Below the pieces are notes generated by a model. The model did not search any database. It saw nothing but the letters and a program-made list of their open reading frames with translations, and was not told the origin of the DNA. From contig JBPCLP010000011.1 in the NCBI GenBank assembly GCA_051003195.1, forward strand, positions 1-64,000: DNA of 64,000 nt, in the 5' to 3' direction. Of the stretch, positions 1-9,405 are shown piece by piece. How positions within the stretch are numbered: position 1 is the first letter of the stretch; each line of letters opens with the position of its first letter. A program made the translations under genes and the position numbers. This DNA comes from Candidatus Sumerlaeaceae bacterium. Its GTDB lineage: Bacteria; Sumerlaeota; Sumerlaeia; Sumerlaeales; Sumerlaeaceae.

Positions 1-674
1 TCGGACAGCCAATCGCGCAATTTGCAGCGCGCATTATGCTGGGTGAGACCCTGGAACAAATCGGTTTTCTGGAGGAACCGCGGATCGACTACTATTCGGT
101 CAAAGAGGCCGTCCTTCCGTTCAATAAATTCCCCGGCGCGGAAGTGCGCCTGGGTCCCGAGATGCGTTCGACCGGCGAAGTCATGGGGATCGATCCGCAT
201 CCAGGCCTGGCATTCGCAAAATCGCAAGCTGCTGCGGGTGCCGCACTGCCGCTGACGGGCGGCGTCTTCATCTCGATTAACGATGTTGATAAGGAGAAGT
301 TTGTCTCTATTGCGCAGCGTTTTTTAGACTTGGGCTTTCACCTCTATTGCACGGACGGAACACACCGTTTTTTGCTGAAGCATGGTATCGCAAGTGCACA
401 GCTTAACAAGGTGCAGGAAGGCCGCCCGAACGTCATCGATTACGTGATCAACGGGCAGATCAAAATGGTTATCAACACCTTCAGTGGGGGTCCGCAAGGT
501 CGTCCGGATGAGCAAGCTATCCGCAGCCTGGTGATTGCGCGCGGAATTCCGCTGGTCACCACTATCAGTGCAGCCCGGGCCGGCGTAGAGGGGATCGAAG
601 CATTGCGCGCGCAGAAGATTACTCTGCGGTCCATCCAGGAGTATCACCAAAGCCTGCATGCGTTGAAAGGTTAG
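1..674 (+). CDS. carB: Carbamoyl-phosphate synthase large subunit, C-terminal part (5' truncated by window)
   Basis: VKEAVLPFNKFPG, LGPEMRSTGEVMGID and an MGS-like domain (KVQEGRPNVID); frame open to the window start. Confidence 0.96.
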   Translation, partial: GQPIAQFAARIMLGETLEQIGFLEEPRIDYYSVKEAVLPFNKFPGAEVRLGPEMRSTGEVMGIDPHPGLAFAKSQAAAGAALPLTGGVFISINDVDKEKFVSIAQRFLDLGFHLYCTDGTHRFLLKHGIASAQLNKVQEGRPNVIDYVINGQIKMVINTFSGGPQGRPDEQAIRSLVIARGIPLVTTISAARAGVEGIEALRAQKITLRSIQEYHQSLHALKG

Positions 675-850
675 ATCAGCACCAGTGTCATCGGTGCCGC
701 GCTATGCGTGTTCAAATAGTTCTGGCAAGCATAGCTGCTTTTGATCCATGTAATCGAATCATAGGAAAAGAAAGCTCATGTCCACCGCCGAACTAGCCCC
801 TGGTTGGGTGTCCATCGATGAATATATAAAATCCGAGCGGACCAATTAAC

Positions 851-1576
851 TTGGAGCTACCGCTGACGATTATCAAGGCCCAGGGCGCCAGTGCTACACT
901 CAATGCGCTGAGTGAAATCGGACTGAATGTCAAATTCCTGATTCCCACTGTTGGACTGATCGTCCTCCTGATCCTTTTCTTTATCATCGCGAAAGTCGTT
1001 CGAAAGTCGCGCAGCGGCCACGGCGATATCATGGCGGGTATTTCCTATCTCGATGTAACGGGCATGAAAAAACAGGGGCTCCTGACTGAAGAGGAGATGG
1101 CGAATATTCGTGCGGCCATGAGCCGGCAGGTGGACCGGCAGCGCGCAGGGCCCGCAATCAAGGCGCCGCCAAGTCTCGCCGGAGAGCTTGCTCTCATGGC
1201 CGACCCCGAAGTACAACGGCTTGAGGCTGTCGCCGCGGAGCATGCGAAGATGCGTTTAGCAGCACAGAATGCTCAGCGCAGCGCGGTATCTAATGAGCCG
1301 GCGCCACAACCCCAGCCGAAGCCTGACGAGAACTACGGCGATCCGATCCCCGCTGATTTTTCACAATCTTCCATCGCTCCCCCACCTATGCAGGTATCCG
1401 CCGAGCTGGATGCCAGCGCCTGGCAGCGCCCGAACCCCGAGACTGCTCGGCCGGTGGCAGATGAAATCGTCCTTCCCGCTGATGTCGTAAAAATGGCAGA
1501 GCTGGGTCTCATTACTCCGGAAGAGATGCAGCGCATCAAAGAACGCATCCGCCAGAAGCGGGCGCAGTTACCGTGA
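851..1576 (+). CDS. Hypothetical single-pass membrane protein with two SHOCT-like motifs
   Basis: TM helix FLIPTVGLIVLLILFFII; KKQGLLTEEEM and AELGLITPEEM; Pro-rich linker; start uncertain. Confidence 0.7.
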   Translation: MELPLTIIKAQGASATLNALSEIGLNVKFLIPTVGLIVLLILFFIIAKVVRKSRSGHGDIMAGISYLDVTGMKKQGLLTEEEMANIRAAMSRQVDRQRAGPAIKAPPSLAGELALMADPEVQRLEAVAAEHAKMRLAAQNAQRSAVSNEPAPQPQPKPDENYGDPIPADFSQSSIAPPPMQVSAELDASAWQRPNPETARPVADEIVLPADVVKMAELGLITPEEMQRIKERIRQKRAQLP

Positions 1577-1590
1577 CTTAGCCCGTCGAA

Positions 1591-2349
1591 TTATTTTTTT
1601 ACGCGCACGAGCATTGCATAACCGACCGGCGCTGTCAGAAAGCGGTCTTCCCAATTGCGCAGCACGTGCGGCGCAATACCGCGGATAACAGCTTCCGTCA
1701 GCGCGCCGATCGAATTAAGCACACAATGGATCGCGTATCTCAGCGGCAGGATCCTGTGAACGGGCGTCGCCTCGACCAACAGACACATAAGTGTAATGGC
1801 CGACCACAAAATCGTGTTCGACGGCACCAGCTTCAGAATCTCATGCTCTGCGAATGCCGCGCGATAAAAATACCTGGTCGGACGCTGGAAGTCATACGGG
1901 ATTCCGTGTTCCCAGAACATGAAAGGAGTCGAAACAAAGACCAGGCCATCAATCTTCGTCACACGACACGCTTCCGCCAGCACCTTTTCGGGGAACCGCA
2001 CATGTTCAATCACTTCCGATAAGATGACACCATCGAAGGAATCGCTCGCAAACGGCAGAGCGTCGCCTGCTGCAAGCGCATCTGCAGAGGACACCTCCCC
2101 AGAATAGTCGATCCCAGCCACGTAGAACACTGCGGGATCGAGCATGGAGGAAAATGGCTTAAATCCGCAACCGATGTCCAGCAGTCGCAGCCGCGCTGGC
2201 GGTGTCTTGTCGCGTGTTCGGAGGATCTCCGCGAATTCGCGAAAAATCCGTAAATTATTGCGAAGGTGAGGATAACTGAAGTGCCACAGCCTGGGTCGCA
2301 CACGGGCGTCGTTTGTAAAGCGTGCGAATTCTTTCAGGTTTTCTGCCAC
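1591..2349 (-). CDS. Class I SAM-dependent methyltransferase (Methyltransf_11-like)
   Basis: LLDIGCG, LPFASDSFDGV..EVIEH, STPF...HGIPYDFQR; begins 3 nt after the dnaE stop. Confidence 0.88.
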   Translation of the reverse strand: MAENLKEFARFTNDARVRPRLWHFSYPHLRNNLRIFREFAEILRTRDKTPPARLRLLDIGCGFKPFSSMLDPAVFYVAGIDYSGEVSSADALAAGDALPFASDSFDGVILSEVIEHVRFPEKVLAEACRVTKIDGLVFVSTPFMFWEHGIPYDFQRPTRYFYRAAFAEHEILKLVPSNTILWSAITLMCLLVEATPVHRILPLRYAIHCVLNSIGALTEAVIRGIAPHVLRNWEDRFLTAPVGYAMLVRVKK

Positions 2350-2352
2350 AGT

Positions 2353-5300
2353 TCAGGAGCGCTGATCGGCCAGCCGGAACTCGATCTTCTGTACGCCGGG
2401 CAGTTTATGCAGTGACTTGACCAGTTCGTTCGTCAGTCTCACCTGGGCTGTTTTTTTCAATTCAATCGTCAGTTCACCCTCACTACCATTCGCGATTAAC
2501 AAGCGGACGGGTTTATTTCCCGGTGACGCTTTGAGCACCTTCGCCAGCTTGTCCATCATGCCGTTGCCTGCAGCAGCAAAGTCCAGCCGCACGTCCAGCC
2601 CCTCTGTTCGTTTCTCCCGCACTTCCTCAACCGGGCGCGCGTCGTTTGCCAGCAACTTTTTATCACCGTTGCGGTCCTGAATGCGCGCCTTGATCAGGAG
2701 CACCCGATCCACGGCAATATGCTGGCGGACTTTTTCGTAAGCATCCTTAAAGAAAACAACTTCGACCGTGCACTCGCCATCGGTGATTTCCACGAACGCC
2801 ATGTTTCCGCCGTTGCGATCCGTCTTCGCGATAATTTTGCTGACCATCCCAACGACCTCGCAAAGCCCGCCTTCTTCACGCGCGGCCAGTTTCGCGAGCC
2901 GGAAATCACTAAAACTCTCGATGTCGTTTAGATAGACATCGAGCGGATGTCCCGAAACAAAATAGCCGATCAGTTCCTTTTCCCACTCTAGCTTCTGCCG
3001 GTCTTCCACTTCGGGCAATTCTCGCATCGAGGCGCTTAACATTCCATTCGAAGCCGGCTCACCAAGCGTGCCGCTTGGATCCGTCGCAGCCATCTCGTCG
3101 AAAGCGTCGAAAATGCTCGTCTGGCCCTTTTCCTTCTCTTTCAGCCGCGCCTGCGCCGTCGCAAGGATGCCTTCGCAGTTTTCCAGAAGCTGACTGCGTG
3201 TGTGTCCCAGGTTGTCGAACACCCCGCATTTGATCAGGCACTCGATCACCCGACAGCTAAGCAAGGATGCATCGACCCTGCTGCAGAAATCCTCGAATGT
3301 GCGGAATGGCCCCCCGTCATCACGCGCCTTCACAATCGACTCGACGACGCCTTCGCCGACATTCTTAATCCCGGCCATTCCAAAGCGGATATTTTTGCCA
3401 CGAACGGTGAAATATTTGTCGCTCTCGTTTATGTCCGGACCCAGAACCTGCACGCCCATGTCCTTGGCTTCTGCGAAGTAGGACACCATGTCTTCGACCT
3501 TGCCCCCGACCGCGTTCGTCATCAGTGCCGCCAGGTAATCCACCGGATAATGCGCCTTCAGGTAGGCAGTGCGGAACGAAATGACCGCGTAGGCCGCCGA
3601 GTGCGACTTGTTGAATCCATAGCCGGCAAAATAATCAATCTGCTGGAATATGTGCTCGGCCACGCGCCCGTCGATGCCGTTCAGCGCCGCACCCTCGACG
3701 AACTGCGCCTTCACCCTGGCCATCTCCTCGGCCTTCTTTTTGCCCATGGCACGACGCATCAGGTCGGCGTCTCCCAGGCTGAAGCCTGCCAGCACCTGCG
3801 CGATCTTCATCACCTGTTCCTGGTAGAGGATAATCCCGTACGTCTCCGCAAGGATGGTCTCCAGTAAAGGATGGTCGTACTTCACCTGCTTGCGGCCGTG
3901 TTTACGGGCGACGAAGTCCTCAACCATGCCGCTGCCCAACGGACCGGGACGATAAAGCGCCAGCAGCGCGGTCAGTTCTTCAAACGTGCCTGGAACAAGG
4001 CTCTTAACGAGACTTGTCATCCCGCTGGACTCGAGCTGAAAGACTCCGAACGTCCGTCCGGCCTGCAGGATCTTATATGTCTTAGGGTCGTTCAGCGGAA
4101 TTTTGCCCCACTCCACCTCCACGCCGTAGTTCCCGCGTATGCTCTTCAGACAGTTCTCTATCACCGTCAGGTTTTTCAGGCCCAGGAAATCCATCTTCAG
4201 CATACCGATGTCTTCGACGGTGCCCATTGTGTACTGCGTCGCGATGTCGTTGGAGTCGGCAGGTTTGTAGACCGGCACGAGATCACTGATATCCTGGTCG
4301 GAGATTACGACACCCGCAGCATGCGTGCTGGCGTGGCGTGCCATCCCCTCCATGCTTTTAGCGTAGTCCATCACCTTGCGCATGGTGGCGTCGCTGTCGT
4401 AGATTGCCTTCAGGTCCGGGATCGTCTCCAGAGCCGTTTCGAAGATCGTCTTCCCCTTCTCTGCCTTCAGCAACGTCGGGATCAGCTTTGCCGCGCGGTC
4501 GCAGTCGGCCAGAGGAACTCCAAGTACCCGGCCCACATCTCGAATGGCGTTCTTTGGCTTCAGCGTCCCGAACGTAATGATCTGGGCGACGTTCCGTTCG
4601 CCGTACTTGCGCTTAACGTATTCGATGACCCGCCCGCGCCCCTCAAAGCAGAAGTCGATGTCTATATCAGGCATGCTTACACGTTCCGGGTTCAAGAAAC
4701 GCTCGAAGATCAACCCGTGTTCGATTGGGTCGATGTCTGTAATCCCCAGGCAGTACGCTACCAGCGAGCCTGCGGCACTTCCGCGACCGGGGCCGACCGG
4801 GATTCCATTGGTCTTCGCATAATGGATGAAGTCCCCGACGATCAAAAAGTACGAGCTGAATCCCATGTTCTCGACGCAAGCCAGTTCCATCTCGGCGCGA
4901 TCGATATGGTCGGGGGACGGCTCTCCGTACCTCTCCTTCAGGCCTTCGTAGGTCTGGTGCCGCAGGTACTCATCAATCGTGTAGCCTTCCGGCGGACGAA
5001 ACACGGGAAGCAGCTTCTGGTTAAACTTTAACTCACAATTGCAACGTTCAGCAACCGCAAGCGTCTGCCTGCACGATTCAGGCATCTCATTGAAGATCTT
5101 ATACATTTCCTCCGCGGTCTTGACGTAGAAGGAGTCGCTGGAAAATTTAAACCGCTTCTGGTCTGCCATCGTCTTGCCGGTCTGGATGCACAGGAGCACT
5201 TCGTGAAAGTCCGCGTCCTCGCGGAGAGTGTAGTGGCAGTCGTTCGTGGCCAGGAGCGGAATGTTGTAATGTTTCGTGAACTCGCGCATGTATCGGATGA

Positions 5301-5865
5301 CGGTCTTCTGCTCCGACAAATCATGGTCCTGCACCTCGAAGAAATAACGGTCCGGGCCGAAAATCTGCAGATATGCATCAATGAGTTTACGCGCCTTATC
5401 CTCGCGTCCCTCAACAAGTGCCTCAGGGATCTCACCTTTCAGGCAACTCGATGTCGCGATCACGCCTTTGCTGTACTGCGCCAGCACCTCGTGGTCGATC
5501 CGCGGCTTGTAATAGTAACCCTCAGTGTAGCCGATGCTCGAAAGCTTGGCAATGTTGAGGTAACCCTCGTACGATTCAGCTAACAATAGAAGATGGTTTG
5601 CACTCTTGCGCTCAGCCACTTCACCGCGCTTGCGCCGTCCCTCCGGCGCGACGTACACTTCACATCCCAGAATGGGCTTAATGCCGTCCTTCTTGCACTG
5701 CTTGTAGAAGTTCACCGCGCCAAACATATTGCCGTGGTCGGTAAGCGCCACGGTGTCCATGTTGAGGTCTTTCAAACGCTTTGTCAGCTGGTCAAAACGA
5801 CAGGCGCCATCCAGCAAACTGAACTCAGAATGCAGGTGAAGGTGGACAAACTCGGGCTTACTCAC
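2353..5865 (-). CDS. dnaE: DNA polymerase III alpha subunit
   Basis: PHP domain FVHLHLHSEFSLLDGA, GPGRGSAAGS, PDIDIDF, YGFNKSHSAAY, C-terminal OB fold; 1170 aa. Confidence 0.99.
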   Translation of the reverse strand: MSKPEFVHLHLHSEFSLLDGACRFDQLTKRLKDLNMDTVALTDHGNMFGAVNFYKQCKKDGIKPILGCEVYVAPEGRRKRGEVAERKSANHLLLLAESYEGYLNIAKLSSIGYTEGYYYKPRIDHEVLAQYSKGVIATSSCLKGEIPEALVEGREDKARKLIDAYLQIFGPDRYFFEVQDHDLSEQKTVIRYMREFTKHYNIPLLATNDCHYTLREDADFHEVLLCIQTGKTMADQKRFKFSSDSFYVKTAEEMYKIFNEMPESCRQTLAVAERCNCELKFNQKLLPVFRPPEGYTIDEYLRHQTYEGLKERYGEPSPDHIDRAEMELACVENMGFSSYFLIVGDFIHYAKTNGIPVGPGRGSAAGSLVAYCLGITDIDPIEHGLIFERFLNPERVSMPDIDIDFCFEGRGRVIEYVKRKYGERNVAQIITFGTLKPKNAIRDVGRVLGVPLADCDRAAKLIPTLLKAEKGKTIFETALETIPDLKAIYDSDATMRKVMDYAKSMEGMARHASTHAAGVVISDQDISDLVPVYKPADSNDIATQYTMGTVEDIGMLKMDFLGLKNLTVIENCLKSIRGNYGVEVEWGKIPLNDPKTYKILQAGRTFGVFQLESSGMTSLVKSLVPGTFEELTALLALYRPGPLGSGMVEDFVARKHGRKQVKYDHPLLETILAETYGIILYQEQVMKIAQVLAGFSLGDADLMRRAMGKKKAEEMARVKAQFVEGAALNGIDGRVAEHIFQQIDYFAGYGFNKSHSAAYAVISFRTAYLKAHYPVDYLAALMTNAVGGKVEDMVSYFAEAKDMGVQVLGPDINESDKYFTVRGKNIRFGMAGIKNVGEGVVESIVKARDDGGPFRTFEDFCSRVDASLLSCRVIECLIKCGVFDNLGHTRSQLLENCEGILATAQARLKEKEKGQTSIFDAFDEMAATDPSGTLGEPASNGMLSASMRELPEVEDRQKLEWEKELIGYFVSGHPLDVYLNDIESFSDFRLAKLAAREEGGLCEVVGMVSKIIAKTDRNGGNMAFVEITDGECTVEVVFFKDAYEKVRQHIAVDRVLLIKARIQDRNGDKKLLANDARPVEEVREKRTEGLDVRLDFAAAGNGMMDKLAKVLKASPGNKPVRLLIANGSEGELTIELKKTAQVRLTNELVKSLHKLPGVQKIEFRLADQRS

Positions 5866-6075
5866 GGGAACTCAACAACCTCGGGCAACGGGTTCTCTTC
5901 AGCGGTTGGCGAGACTTCTACGCCACTGCCCGGAAGGCAAGCTGTTATATGCACTGGAATCGCTTCAAAATCATTTTTGCACCGGCTCGAGAAGAGTATT
6001 GCCACAAGCGCTGGGCCGTGCTGGATCGGAAATTCATTCGCGTGTTTACTACATATTGCTTTCGGGAGCAACTAC

Positions 6076-7602
6076 ATGAGAAATATCGCATTTGTCGTCT
6101 CCATATTAGGCCTCAGCAGTTTTTGCTTTGGCTCAGACCTGTCGTCGCTGGCTAAACTTAGCAATTCCCGTTCGGCTGCCGAAAACTCGCTGTGGGTGGA
6201 AACGCCCCCCATTCGCCGCTTTGACAATACAACGCACGTGGTCTGCGCCGAGTTAAAAGGCCCTGCCGAGATTACCATGATCCACTTCGCATATCCGCAA
6301 AGCAACATCGCGACTACGCGAACGCTTGGGAGAGAACTCCTGCTTCGCATCTACTGGGACGACGAAAAAGAGCCCAGTGTCGACGTTCCGCTCGTCGACT
6401 TCTTCTGCGACCCGGCCGGCAGGCGTGAGATTATCAATAACGCCATGGTAAACAAACTGCGGGGGTTTAACGCGTACTGGCCGATGCCATTCCGAAAATC
6501 CGCCCGGGTGGAACTGGTTTACGATGGCCCCCTACCCGTCAGCCAGGAGCTTTGGGCCGACATGCCGTGTTATGCTTATGTGATGTACGAGACGCGCGAA
6601 GATCTGACCAATGACACGGCCTACTTCCATTCGCACTGGCGGCAGGAATTACTGAAGCTTGGTGAACGCGACTACCTCGCAATGGAAACTACAGGGCGCG
6701 GCAAGTTTGTGGGATGGAATGTGACCGTTCGTCGGCCCGGTGTCGCCTCCTACCCGGTCGATATGAACGAAAAATTCTACATCGATGCCGAAACCACGCC
6801 TTCAATCGAGTTACAGGGAATTGAAGATTCGTTCGGATATAGCTGGGGTTTCCCGCAGAAGGAAAGCATGTTTCCCTACACCGGCTGGTTTCCCTACTTC
6901 CAGGGCGCTGCTGCTTACCGCCTCTTCCTCGCCGACGCAATTAATTTTCAGGATTCCCTGCGCGTCACCATCGGTTTCGGCACTTCAGAGCTTGGCTTCA
7001 AACATGAATATAGTGCGTTCGGCAGTTCGCTGGAAATTGGTAGCACCTGTTACTGGTACCAGTTGGAGCCGCACAAGCCGTTTCCGAAAATGCCTGCAGA
7101 ACCCGACCGTCGACCCGCGCCGGAGACGGTATTCTGGCCGGAAAAGGAAATAGTGCCGGATGCACAGCAATTGCAAACCAGCGGAATAAAGCTGCTGATG
7201 CTTTGCGGCCGAAGCGCGAAGGAGCTGATCCACGCCGATCCCGGTTTCGGTGCCAAAGTCATTCACGGATTCAGCTACGAAGGGTTCCCTGGCCCGGCTT
7301 ATTACTGTCGCGCGTCGGAAAAGGAAATTGCGATCGAATTGCAGATTCCTCCAGGCGCCCATGGAACACTGAAGCTGTTCATCCAGGATCCCGACAGTTT
7401 CCAGGGCGGGCGCAAGCAAACCGTCTACCTGGGGGATCGTAAGCTCGGGGAGTACAGCGGATTCGTGCAGGGGAAATGGATCAGCTCGAAGGTTCAGCCT
7501 GAAGATATGAAATCCGGGCGGCTTCTGTTGCGCGTCGTAAATCTGGCCGACATCGGAAATGCTGTCATTTCCCGTATTGAATGGAGCAGCGTGCCTGATT
7601 AA
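6076..7602 (+). CDS. Secreted DUF2961 (GH172-like) glycoside hydrolase family protein with extra C-terminal domain
   Basis: Signal-like N-terminus from ATG 6076 (GGAG upstream); LRIYWDDEKEPSVDVPLVDFF, WPMPFRKSARV, YFHSHWR, GKFVG, GIEDSF...WGF. Confidence 0.8.
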   Translation: MRNIAFVVSILGLSSFCFGSDLSSLAKLSNSRSAAENSLWVETPPIRRFDNTTHVVCAELKGPAEITMIHFAYPQSNIATTRTLGRELLLRIYWDDEKEPSVDVPLVDFFCDPAGRREIINNAMVNKLRGFNAYWPMPFRKSARVELVYDGPLPVSQELWADMPCYAYVMYETREDLTNDTAYFHSHWRQELLKLGERDYLAMETTGRGKFVGWNVTVRRPGVASYPVDMNEKFYIDAETTPSIELQGIEDSFGYSWGFPQKESMFPYTGWFPYFQGAAAYRLFLADAINFQDSLRVTIGFGTSELGFKHEYSAFGSSLEIGSTCYWYQLEPHKPFPKMPAEPDRRPAPETVFWPEKEIVPDAQQLQTSGIKLLMLCGRSAKELIHADPGFGAKVIHGFSYEGFPGPAYYCRASEKEIAIELQIPPGAHGTLKLFIQDPDSFQGGRKQTVYLGDRKLGEYSGFVQGKWISSKVQPEDMKSGRLLLRVVNLADIGNAVISRIEWSSVPD

Positions 7603-7621
7603 AGCGCGGGTGGGCGGATGA

Positions 7622-8356
<735 letters not shown>

Positions 8357-8514
8357 ACCCAGCAACAACTGTGGTTCACGAATTTGAGCACGCCTGGGGC
8401 CGAACGGTTTTGCCGCGCCTAATCTTTGCTTAATAAACCTGTGCTATTATGATTGCACGAGAAGCCTGAAATTAGCGGCGCTCTATCTTTCGGATTTAAG
8501 AGAGGAGATGTATT

Positions 8515-9279
8515 ATGAGCAAAAGTCTAACGCGGCAGCTGGTTCCACTCTTTGGTGCAGTATTGCTGCTTGGCGGCGCTACACTCATCAGTGCAGAAGA
8601 GAAGGACGATGAAAAGGTGGAAGTGAACGCATTGCCTGCGGCGGTGCGAGCCACGGTTGAAGCCTCGGCGCCCGGTGCAACCATCAAGGAGGCCGAACTC
8701 GAAAGCGAGGACGGGAAGCAGATCTATTCCATCGAGGTAAAGGACGCCGATGGTAAAGAGCTGGAACTTGAAATCGCGCTTGATGGAAAACTCATCAAAA
8801 TTGAAAAGGAAGATGCCGATGAGGACGACGACGAGCAGAACAATAGCGAGGAAGTTCGGATTGAGCCTGGCCAGGCACCGGCAGCGGTGCAGGCCGCTCT
8901 CCAAAAGTACGTAAAAGAGAATGCAACTTCAGTGACTCTGTCGCGCGAGAAAGAGCATGGTGTCGAAGCGTTTGAAGTTGAGTATCTTTTGGAAGACATC
9001 GACCACTCGCTCAAGTTTACGGCCGGTGGAGACCTTCTGGAGGAGGAAAGCAAAGTTGCATCGGAAGCGCTCCCTGCCGATGTCACAAATGCGGTTCTGA
9101 AGAAGTTCCCAGGCGCTCAAATCAAGCAGGCGGAAGCCGTAACCGTTCGGTTCTATGAGATCGACATCATTGTGAACGGGAAGAAGCAGGAGGTCAAAGT
9201 GAGCCCCGCCGGAACGCTGCAAAGCGATGATGATGACGACGAGGAGGATGATGATGACGACGATGAGGATGACGACTAG
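8515..9279 (+). CDS. Secreted PepSY-like repeat protein with poly-acidic tail
   Basis: Signal peptide; three LP.AV-type repeats (ALPAAVRATV, QAPAAVQAAL, ALPADVTNAV); strong AGGAG RBS; D/E tail. Confidence 0.8.
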   Translation: MSKSLTRQLVPLFGAVLLLGGATLISAEEKDDEKVEVNALPAAVRATVEASAPGATIKEAELESEDGKQIYSIEVKDADGKELELEIALDGKLIKIEKEDADEDDDEQNNSEEVRIEPGQAPAAVQAALQKYVKENATSVTLSREKEHGVEAFEVEYLLEDIDHSLKFTAGGDLLEEESKVASEALPADVTNAVLKKFPGAQIKQAEAVTVRFYEIDIIVNGKKQEVKVSPAGTLQSDDDDDEEDDDDDDEDDD

Positions 9280-9294
9280 TTAGATAAAGTAACG

Positions 9295-9338
9295 AGCGAC
9301 GGTGCCACGCATTTACTGCGTCACCGCCGCTTTTTTTT
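9295..9338 (+). terminator. Intrinsic terminator
   Basis: GCGACGGTG...CACCGCCGC stem followed by T8, downstream of the PepSY-like gene. Confidence 0.75.
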
Positions 9339-9405
9339 GTTTATTGAAGATTTCAATCGCCCTGACTAAAAGCCCGGCTTAACGCCGTTCAGTTTTGCCT
9401 GATGC

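Noticed and set aside
3202..5583. Long plus-strand ORFs opposite dnaE (similar ones opposite typA, dxs, clpC)
   Set aside because: Antisense shadows of codon-biased genes; no motifs or RBS
2353..5865. Possible intein in DnaE
   Set aside because: Normal length; no splice or LAGLIDADG motifs seen
5593..6075. N-terminal extension of the 669-aa ORF
   Set aside because: Overlaps dnaE antisense; signal peptide and RBS indicate the start at 6076
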